18,068 bases of DNA from Candidatus Xenobia bacterium (lineage in GTDB: Bacteria; Vulcanimicrobiota; Xenobia; Xenobiales; QWHO01), in assembly GCA_045863235.1 (NCBI GenBank), contig BTUM01000123.1, positions 1 through 18,068 of the forward strand, read 5' to 3'. A program made the position numbers and the translations under genes. The notes under the pieces are model-generated. The model worked only from the letters and a program-made list of their open reading frames with translations. It was not told the origin of the DNA and did no database searches. Shown here piece by piece: positions 1 to 6,793 of this stretch; position 1 is the stretch's first letter; each line of letters opens with the position of its first letter.

Positions 1-94
1 ACTCGCGTGGTTACGGCCTCCGCAGTCTCTCTCTTGACACGCATCAGAAATGCCTGGGCCAGATAGAGGCGCTGGCCGGTGGTATGGAAAGTGG

Positions 95-1198
95 TCAGCG
101 CCGGAGCATGTCGGGGTTGCCGGCCAGAGCCTGGACCAGGCTGTCTTCCAGGCGCTCGGCCGGGAAGGCCCGGCGTAGCGATCTCTGAAGGTCTCGCGCC
201 AGTTCGCAGGCCAACGCTCGTCGGTGAGAGAAGAGCTCGTCTTCGAGAAACCCAAACCCGCTCAGATCGGTGGCCAGGTCGTCGCAGGCCAGCAAGACCT
301 CTCCGGCCACTCCCCTCTCGAGGGCAGTGCGAGATGCCACGACGCCGTGGCGCAACCAGAGAATCGAGCCGGGCAGCGCCGGATCCACGTAGAGACCGGC
401 CGCTTCCTGGTAGGGAGAACGGTCATGGCTGGCCGGATCGAGCTGGCCCGTGACCCGGCCGAGCCGAAATTTCCCCCTGCCAGGCGCCGACCTGAGGCGG
501 CGCTGCCAGGCCAGGCTCCGGCGCCCGACCTGGATGCTCTCCCCTCCGGAACATCCGTAGCGAACCAGCTTCCACGGCAGGAAAGGAAGGCCGGTTGAGT
601 ACGGAACGCCAAAATCGGCCTTGATTACCTCGGAGTCGACGTACAGGGTCAAAGGAGCCCATCGTGCGCGCTCGCGTAACAGCTCGACCTCGGGGGAAGC
701 TCGGCCGAGCAGCACGCTCGTCCACCCGAGGCGACGTCTCAGGGTCAGCTTCGTCGCGGCGTCGGGGCGAGGAACAAGAGGGCTAAAGCTCATGGTTCCC
801 CCGCGGAACCGTACCAGGGCCCCACCTCCGGGTCCGGCGGATTCGATCTCCACGGCTGCCTTGTCGAACCCCAGAGCCGTGTTGACTCCGATGGCCAGCA
901 CTTTCCAGGCCGCCTTGAACTCGCCCCCGTCGAGCAGGCAACTCCAGAAACTCTTGAGCTGGTCGGGCAGAAAGGGCTCTCCGTCGTGGATGAGACAGGC
1001 CTGATCGGGACGAAATGAGGTGCGGCACATCCTGGCCCCGGCCGCAACCGCCGACTGGACCCACTTGAGAATGTAGCTGTAGCGGTCGGTGAGCTGCCAC
1101 ATACGCAGCTTCTCGCGCGCCCTGGTCCAGTCCAGCTCGAACCGGCCGCTGGAATCGAGCTCGCCCTCGGAGCGCAGGGTGTTCAGCAGGTCGTCCAC
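95..1198 (-). CDS. Hypothetical protein, probable degenerate GHKL/HSP90-like ATPase N-terminal fold
   Basis: 367-aa ORF with GTG start and normal globular composition. LKWVQSAVAAGA, HDGEPF and LAIGVNTAL fall in the order of the GHKL N, G1 and G2 boxes but lack the canonical residues. Confidence 0.6.
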   Translation of the reverse strand: MDDLLNTLRSEGELDSSGRFELDWTRAREKLRMWQLTDRYSYILKWVQSAVAAGARMCRTSFRPDQACLIHDGEPFLPDQLKSFWSCLLDGGEFKAAWKVLAIGVNTALGFDKAAVEIESAGPGGGALVRFRGGTMSFSPLVPRPDAATKLTLRRRLGWTSVLLGRASPEVELLRERARWAPLTLYVDSEVIKADFGVPYSTGLPFLPWKLVRYGCSGGESIQVGRRSLAWQRRLRSAPGRGKFRLGRVTGQLDPASHDRSPYQEAAGLYVDPALPGSILWLRHGVVASRTALERGVAGEVLLACDDLATDLSGFGFLEDELFSHRRALACELARDLQRSLRRAFPAERLEDSLVQALAGNPDMLRR

Positions 1199-1347
1199 GT
1201 GGATAGGTTCGCAGCCGCCCGGCTGGACCCTCGGTGACGTTGACCCTGGAAACCGGAGGGCAGCGCACAGCCTTCCCTACCCGGAATGTGCGCGGACATG
1301 CTGGCTCATGAGCGTGCAACTCCCCGCACAATCTGCCCGGGTCTCAA

Positions 1348-1362
1348 TGAACCGCCGGTTCA
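1348..1362. promoter_or_regulatory. Perfect 7-1-7 palindrome TGAACCG-C-CGGTTCA, candidate operator
   Basis: Seen directly in the intergenic region between divergent genes. Typical of a dimeric repressor site; the cognate regulator is unknown. Confidence 0.4.
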
Positions 1363-1509
1363 AAAATCGAAACAAGCAAGACCGCAACGAAGCGACTCAG
1401 AGCCCTGTATCGAACATGGGCCCTGGTTGCCACCCCTTCGTGGCCTTGTTTTGACTTGACTGTAATTCTAGGGGTTCCTGGGAGCAGATCGATCCGCGCC
1501 CGCCGCTCT

Positions 1510-1538
1510 GTGACTTGAACGCATTCCCATGCTAAAAT
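1510..1538 (+). promoter_or_regulatory. Sigma70-type promoter for the pilin operon (GTGACT-17 bp-TAAAAT, extended -10 TGn)
   Basis: GTGACT 1510-1515, TG 1530-1531, TAAAAT 1533-1538. The ATG at 1545 lies 6 nt after the -10 box with no SD sequence, so the mRNA is probably leaderless. Confidence 0.6.
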
Positions 1539-1544
1539 CTACTC

Positions 1545-3275
1545 ATGAGCACGAACCTCGAGCGACGCGGTGCCGCTCTCATGGCCGTTCTGCTCGCCAC
1601 CTTGCTCCTCTTTGTCATGGTCAAGGCCCTGGTAGTGCTCACCCACTCCAAGAGCTACCAGGCCCGCCTCCATTACCAGCAACTCCAGGCCCACTACCTG
1701 TGCGAGGCGGCGGTGGCTCGGGCGCGCGCCGAGCTCGACGAGGATCCGGACTGGGACGAGGGATTTGACGAGGAGGCGCTGCCCGGCATCGACGGCACCT
1801 ACTCGGTCCGTTTTCACACCGGTCCGGGCCTTTCCGTGGGCGCCAACGATTCGGTCAACAACATGCGCGGCAAGGCCCTGGTGGCCGGCCCGCGGGGAGA
1901 CGAGACCGTCCCGCCCCATTCGGCCGAGCTGATCGTCACCGCCCGGGTAGGCACCACCGAACGTCGGGTGCGGGTGCTGCTGCGCAAGGGGGGCACGATT
2001 CTGCCGTATGCGCTCTCGGCCAGCAACCGAATCAAGCTCAAGGGCCCGGCTCGCATCAACGGAATCAAGAGCCGGGCCTCGATGACCCCGACCGACGCCG
2101 AGGTGCACTCCAACGCTCCCGGTGGCGCCAACGTGATCACCTGGCAGTCGACCGTGGACGGTGAGGGCCAGTTCACCGGCCGGGCGGAGATCCAGGGCAA
2201 GGTCAGCTCGGTCAGCTCCGCCGGGGGGGCCATCAACTTCGGCAACAATCCCGCCCAGTACTCGGTCTCCGGCGGGTTCGAGACGGGCTCGGCGGCCAAG
2301 CCCGTGCCGAACTACGATCTCGCTGCCGAGATCGCCGACGCACAAGGCCTGCCAGGGATTGCCTCCTCCACCGGCCCCGGGGCAGGCCCTGTCACGGTTG
2401 CCGATTCACGCTTCAAGAACGGGGACCTGAGCTTGAACAGCGACCTGGTGCTCGAGGATGGCATCCTCTACGTGGATGGAAACGTGACCATCAACGGCTC
2501 GGTGACCGGGGTCGGCGCCATTTACGCCACCGGCGACATCTCCTTTACGGGGAACGCCAACATTCGCGCCAACGCGCCCGAGAGCGGCATCGCCATCTAC
2601 AGCGGCGGGAAGATCCAGCTGGCCAGCATGGACCTGGCTCAGTTCCTGGCCGATCTCCAGGTCGGCCTGACCGATATGGACACCATGAACTCCAAGCTTG
2701 CAGAGCTTCGCGATACCTACGACGATTTGGACGTGAGCCAGCGGGAGGCCCTGCTTGTCGACGTGAACGCGGCTGCGACCGCGTTCACAGCCCAGCTGAA
2801 CACTCTGCCTCCCAGTCCCACGAGAGATTCGTTGCTCAAGAGGGTTGAGTACCTGACCACTGTGACCAGCCCGGGCAATCCCGATCAGGCGCAGGTGGAG
2901 GAGGCCCTCACCTTCGGACTTCCCCTACCGGGCCTGCTCTACGCCGTTGTCGGTAACCAGGATTATGACGCCACGGCGCGGCACTTTCTGCCGGGCGGCA
3001 TCGGACCTGAGGACGAGAGCAGCTTTTTCGGCCTGCTCTACTCGAAGAAGTATGTCCACGTGACCAATCACATCAAAGTGATGGGTGGCATCTGGACCTA
3101 CAGTGAGGCGGTGGCGACCCCGACAGGCGAGGACATCGAGGGCGTCACGGCTCAAAATGGCGACATCTTTCTCTACAACGGCTGCACGCTGACCATGGAC
3201 GAAGAATACCTGCGCTCGCAACGCGGTCCGGATTCGCCCGGACCCCCCAACGTGGCCGCCTGGGAACAGCTTTGA
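1545..3275 (+). CDS. PilX/GspK-like minor pilin with large C-terminal domain
   Basis: N-terminus RRG|AALMAVLLATLLLFVMV is a class III signal lacking Glu5, as in PilX/GspK. It is followed by QAHYLCEAAVARA (PilX_N-like) and beta-strand repeats such as GILYVDGNVTINGSVTGVGAIYATGDI. First gene of a coupled operon. Confidence 0.8.
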   Translation: MSTNLERRGAALMAVLLATLLLFVMVKALVVLTHSKSYQARLHYQQLQAHYLCEAAVARARAELDEDPDWDEGFDEEALPGIDGTYSVRFHTGPGLSVGANDSVNNMRGKALVAGPRGDETVPPHSAELIVTARVGTTERRVRVLLRKGGTILPYALSASNRIKLKGPARINGIKSRASMTPTDAEVHSNAPGGANVITWQSTVDGEGQFTGRAEIQGKVSSVSSAGGAINFGNNPAQYSVSGGFETGSAAKPVPNYDLAAEIADAQGLPGIASSTGPGAGPVTVADSRFKNGDLSLNSDLVLEDGILYVDGNVTINGSVTGVGAIYATGDISFTGNANIRANAPESGIAIYSGGKIQLASMDLAQFLADLQVGLTDMDTMNSKLAELRDTYDDLDVSQREALLVDVNAAATAFTAQLNTLPPSPTRDSLLKRVEYLTTVTSPGNPDQAQVEEALTFGLPLPGLLYAVVGNQDYDATARHFLPGGIGPEDESSFFGLLYSKKYVHVTNHIKVMGGIWTYSEAVATPTGEDIEGVTAQNGDIFLYNGCTLTMDEEYLRSQRGPDSPGPPNVAAWEQL

Positions 3276-3667
3276 GCCGTCGCGGTCTGACCCTGGTCGA
3301 GATCTGCCTGGCCTTCTTTCTGCTCACCCTGGCCATCACGACCATGGTGGGGCTCTTCATCAGCGGTTTGCAGCTCAACACCCAGAGCCAGGGTTACCTG
3401 CAAGCATCGGAGCTGGCTCGCTGCCAGATGGAAGCGATCCGCGACCTGCGCGAGTTTCCCGGGCCGGGTCACTTTGATGGGCGGATCCCCACCCCGCAGG
3501 TGGACGACTTCCCGCCTCCCCCTTATCCGGGAGTGGGGGAGCACAAGCTGGTGGTGTCCATCGAGGACCAGGGCAAACTGAAGCAGGTCACCGTACAAGC
3601 CGTCTGGCGCGATTCCAGGGAGGTGCGCCTGCAGACTCTCGTGTTCCCCGTGGCGCCAGCGCCGTGA
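3272..3667 (+). CDS. Prepilin-type N-terminal cleavage/methylation protein (PilV/GspI-like)
   Basis: MSRRG|LTLVEICLAFFLL class III signal with Glu5. The TTG start overlaps the upstream TGA (TTGA). Confidence 0.85.
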   Translation: MSRRGLTLVEICLAFFLLTLAITTMVGLFISGLQLNTQSQGYLQASELARCQMEAIRDLREFPGPGHFDGRIPTPQVDDFPPPPYPGVGEHKLVVSIEDQGKLKQVTVQAVWRDSREVRLQTLVFPVAPAP

Positions 3668-4245
3668 CCAGGCAGCGCGCTCACACCCTGGTTGAGGTCC
3701 TGGTCACGGGGAGCCTGCTCATCTTCCTGCTGGGGATGATCCTGACGATCTACTCCAACGGATCCAGCGCTCTTCGCAAGACCGAGGCCCAGTCGGACCT
3801 GCAGGGTACCGTGCAGACCATCGTCTACCGGCTCAGCCGCGACCTGCAGCGAGGCTCTCCGGCGGGGCTCTCCATCTCCGGATCAGAGGATGCCATCAGC
3901 GTCGCCGTGCCCGACGCCTTCGGCTTCGACGACAATCACGATCTCAACTACGGACGCTATATCGTCTATTATCTGCAAGATCAGATGCTGTATCGGCGTG
4001 AGGTGGAGATCGACGCGGACAACCCGGCCAGCACGAGCGCCATGCCCATCGAGGATTTCCAGGGTCTGGGGCTGGACTCGTATCGCACGGACGGGGTGCT
4101 GGTGGGTCGCGGGATCATCGAGTTCAAGGTCAGCGCCGGGGGCGGTGAGATGGTGAGCGTGACCGTGACTGCCGAGCAGAAGCGCTACGGAAAGCCGACT
4201 CCCGATACCTTCAGCCTGACCACGGGATTCCAGCTGCACAACTGA
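3664..4245 (+). CDS. Prepilin-type protein (PilW/GspJ-like)
   Basis: MTRQRA|HTLVEVLV signal followed by a hydrophobic helix and RLSRDLQRG, a PilW/GspJ-like motif. GTGA overlap with the upstream gene. Confidence 0.8.
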   Translation: MTRQRAHTLVEVLVTGSLLIFLLGMILTIYSNGSSALRKTEAQSDLQGTVQTIVYRLSRDLQRGSPAGLSISGSEDAISVAVPDAFGFDDNHDLNYGRYIVYYLQDQMLYRREVEIDADNPASTSAMPIEDFQGLGLDSYRTDGVLVGRGIIEFKVSAGGGEMVSVTVTAEQKRYGKPTPDTFSLTTGFQLHN

Positions 4246-5765
4246 TGGCCGATAGAGCCCACCCCGATCCCGAGCAACAGGCCATCGAGGCCATGCGCAA
4301 GCAGTTCCCGGGCATGTCCGAGACCCAGATTCGGGCCGCACTGGCTGGCCTCAGCGACGACAGGAGCGGTCGACAACTCAGCGACGACAGGAGCGGTCGA
4401 CAGTTGGGCGCTCCGAGCCCGCCTGCTTCTCCGCCTTCGCCCGAGGGCCAGGCGGTGCACACGCTGCTCGAGAGTTTCCCGGGCCTGTCCGAGGGGCAGG
4501 TACGCGGGGCCCTCAAAGGCCTGGGCCCGAGCCAACCCGAGCCCGTCGCGCCGCCACCGGCGCCGCCCGAGCCCCGGTTGGCCGCCGGGCAGTCTGCTCC
4601 AGAGCCCCGAGCGGCCGGAAAACAGCCTCCTCCCAGGCCGGAAACCCGGCCGGCTGGGAAGCAGCCTCGTCCTGCCGAGAAGGCCCCCGCACCCCCCCTG
4701 GCGCCGGTCAGCGCCGGGGCGGGCCCGGTTCCCCCCGCCCTGGTCGTGGCCTTCTTTCGCAGGCTGCAGGTGATGGTCTCAGCCGGCACCCCGGTGCACT
4801 CGGCGCTCGACTTTCTCGCCGAAGAGCCCAATCCTCGGCTGCGCCTGGCCATTCGCGACGTGCACTATCGAATCAGCTCGGGCACGCAGCTCAGCCGTGC
4901 CCTGCAGGCCCATCCCCGGGTGTTTCCTCCCCTGGCCGTGCAGATGGTCCAGGCCGGGGAGACCACGGGGCAACTGCACGTGACGCTCGGCAGCCTGGCC
5001 GACTATCTCGAGAAGTCCCTGAACCTGCGGAGGCGTTTCGTGGCGGCGCTGGCCTATCCGGGCATGATGGCGGTGGTGGGCCTGGCGGTGGTGGCCATGC
5101 TGGCCCTGATCGTCTTCCCCAAGGAGCGCGAGGTCTTCGAGGGGATGGGAGCGGAGCTTCCCTGGATCACCCGCGCGGTCACAGGCACCTTCGAGCTCAT
5201 TTTCAACCCGGTCACCGTCATCTCGGTTCTGGTGGTGGTGACCACCCTGGTCGTGTCCTGGCCCATGCTGGGGCACTCCTTCTACAACGCCCACCTTCGC
5301 TACCCGGTGGACGCCCTGCTGCTGCGCATCCCCTTGCTGGGCCGATTGATCGAGCAGGCCGCCATCGTCCGGATGCTGACGGCCATGGCCACGTTCATGG
5401 AAACGGGCATCCCCATGACCGGGATGCAGGCGGTTGGGCGTCTATCCGGCAACCTGGTCATCGAGCGACGGTTCAACGCTTATCTCCAACTCATGCGAAA
5501 CGGCTACACCATCGCCCAGGCCATGGAGCAAGCCGATCTCTTCCCTTCGATGGTGCTGCAGATGTTTCGCCTGGGTGAAGAGCACGGCAGGCTGGATTTC
5601 TTGATGCGCAAGACGGCCCGGATGCTGGAGGAAGACCTCGACTACAGCCTGGAGACCCTGACGGCCCTGCTCGAGCCCCTGCTCATGGCCGCCATGGGGG
5701 TCGTGGTCGGGATCATCGTGATCGCCAGCTCGCTGCCCACTTTGCAGCTGCTGCAAAAGCTCTAG
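4245..5765 (+). CDS. pilC: Type II secretion system F family / type IV pilus platform protein with ~165-aa N-terminal extension
   Basis: Two T2SSF domains (FFRRLQVMVSAGTPVHSAL...AGETTGQL and MFRLGEEHGRLD), the motifs ALAYPG and LLEPLLM, and three hydrophobic segments. TGATG overlap with the upstream gene. Confidence 0.9.
   Translation: MADRAHPDPEQQAIEAMRKQFPGMSETQIRAALAGLSDDRSGRQLSDDRSGRQLGAPSPPASPPSPEGQAVHTLLESFPGLSEGQVRGALKGLGPSQPEPVAPPPAPPEPRLAAGQSAPEPRAAGKQPPPRPETRPAGKQPRPAEKAPAPPLAPVSAGAGPVPPALVVAFFRRLQVMVSAGTPVHSALDFLAEEPNPRLRLAIRDVHYRISSGTQLSRALQAHPRVFPPLAVQMVQAGETTGQLHVTLGSLADYLEKSLNLRRRFVAALAYPGMMAVVGLAVVAMLALIVFPKEREVFEGMGAELPWITRAVTGTFELIFNPVTVISVLVVVTTLVVSWPMLGHSFYNAHLRYPVDALLLRIPLLGRLIEQAAIVRMLTAMATFMETGIPMTGMQAVGRLSGNLVIERRFNAYLQLMRNGYTIAQAMEQADLFPSMVLQMFRLGEEHGRLDFLMRKTARMLEEDLDYSLETLTALLEPLLMAAMGVVVGIIVIASSLPTLQLLQKL
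4350..4403 (+). repeat. In-frame 27-bp tandem duplication (LSDDRSGRQ x2) in pilC
   Basis: ctcagcgacgacaggagcggtcgacaa (4350-4376) and ctcagcgacgacaggagcggtcgacag (4377-4403) are 26/27 identical. Confidence 0.95.
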
Positions 5766-5783
5766 CCGGGACTCGGTAGTCCA

Positions 5784-5817
5784 CTCGTGCGCGACCGTAG
5801 GCCCGCGCGAGGTGTCT
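5784..5817. repeat. 34-bp direct repeat, copy 1 (imperfect palindrome)
   Basis: ctcgtgcgcgaccgtaggcccgcgcgaggtgtct, 33/34 identical to 6760-6793. Confidence 0.95.
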
Positions 5818-5921
5818 ACGGGGCCAGTTCACACTATCGTTACACAATCTTTACCAGCCTGAAACCTCGCGGCAACAGGCCTCCCCAGACTCTTGCGCTA
5901 TCCGCGGCACACAATGAGGGC

Positions 5922-6755
5922 ATGGAACCTTCCTTTGCATTCTTACTCCGAACTCTTCGGCGCGAGGCCGGGCTGACCCAGAAACAGCTCGGCGACGCGA
6001 CGAACATTCGTCAGCGACAGATCTCGCGATTCGAGCGTGACCAGGCACTGCCCACCCGCGAGCAACACGCCCGAATCGCGCGGGTGCTTCAGCGCGATCC
6101 CTCAAGGCTCGGCAGAGCGCTCTTCAGGCAAGAGCAAGGACGCAACGGGCTCGCGCCGCTCCCTCACGGATTTCTCCAGCACTTCGGGCGCAGCCCGAAA
6201 ATGCACGAGCCCACCACGAGTGTTTCGCTGACTGCCAGGATCCACACCGCCATCGGCGACGATTCTGGCTTCGAGACCCTCGCTCGGGCGGCTCTCCAGG
6301 AGCCGGGATTTGCGCGGTTTGTCGCGGTGGCGCCCTCTGACTCTTCGGAGGAGGCCCGCTGGTGGGTGGGCCTGAGCTTGCAGGGGGCGCGCTTCTCGCC
6401 GTTCACGCACGCGCGCCTGGGTTGGGAGGGCCCGCCCATTATCCCCTACGGGGACCATCGTTGCGCCTGTGGCAGGCTGTGGCCCGCGCTCTATGTCGAG
6501 AGACCAGTGCCGATGGTGTTTTTCCCTCAGGTCCGCATCAAGACCCCGGCGGGCTTCAGACGAGTGGACGTGAACGTGGCCATGGCGGGCAAGGGATTCT
6601 TCGCAGTCGAGATCAACGGGGAAGGCCATCGGGGAGCGCGAGACCACCTCCGCTCCGGCGAACTGGGCATGGATGTGGTCTACCTGAGTCCAGCGGACGT
6701 GCGCTCAAAGTCCCTGGTCGAGCTCGTCTTGAGCCGGCTTCGAATCGGGCCGTAG
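5922..6755 (+). CDS. XRE-family HTH fused to a C-terminal DUF559/Vsr-like (PD-(D/E)XK superfamily) nuclease-like domain
   Basis: The HTH is LRTLRREAGLTQKQLGDATNIRQRQISRFERDQALP. The C-terminus FFPQV...RRVDV...AVEINGEGH...D.LR..LG..VVYL parallels the DUF559 pattern Q..D..E(V/I)DG..H..D..R..G. Start set at ATG 5922 (277 aa) rather than GTG 5787, which lies inside the repeat. Confidence 0.75.
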   Translation: MEPSFAFLLRTLRREAGLTQKQLGDATNIRQRQISRFERDQALPTREQHARIARVLQRDPSRLGRALFRQEQGRNGLAPLPHGFLQHFGRSPKMHEPTTSVSLTARIHTAIGDDSGFETLARAALQEPGFARFVAVAPSDSSEEARWWVGLSLQGARFSPFTHARLGWEGPPIIPYGDHRCACGRLWPALYVERPVPMVFFPQVRIKTPAGFRRVDVNVAMAGKGFFAVEINGEGHRGARDHLRSGELGMDVVYLSPADVRSKSLVELVLSRLRIGP

Positions 6756-6759
6756 CCTG

Positions 6760-6793
6760 CTCGTGCGCGACTGTAGGCCCGCGCGAGGTGTCT
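6760..6793. repeat. 34-bp direct repeat, copy 2
   Basis: ctcgtgcgcgactgtaggcccgcgcgaggtgtct. It begins 5 nt after the HTH gene stop and abuts the response-regulator stop codon at 6794. Confidence 0.95.

Noticed and set aside
1..25. Possible third, inverted copy of the 34-bp repeat at the window start
   Set aside because: Only patchy similarity that needs gaps, and it is truncated by the window edge.
1370..1435. c-di-GMP-I riboswitch or tRNA upstream of the pilin operon
   Set aside because: Lacks the GGCAAA..GNRA..GCAAAGC consensus. The T-loop-like motif has no accompanying cloverleaf or acceptor stem.
5784..6793. CRISPR array (34-bp palindromic repeats)
   Set aside because: Only two copies, separated by 942 bp containing a gene. 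There are no spacer-sized intervals and no cas genes.
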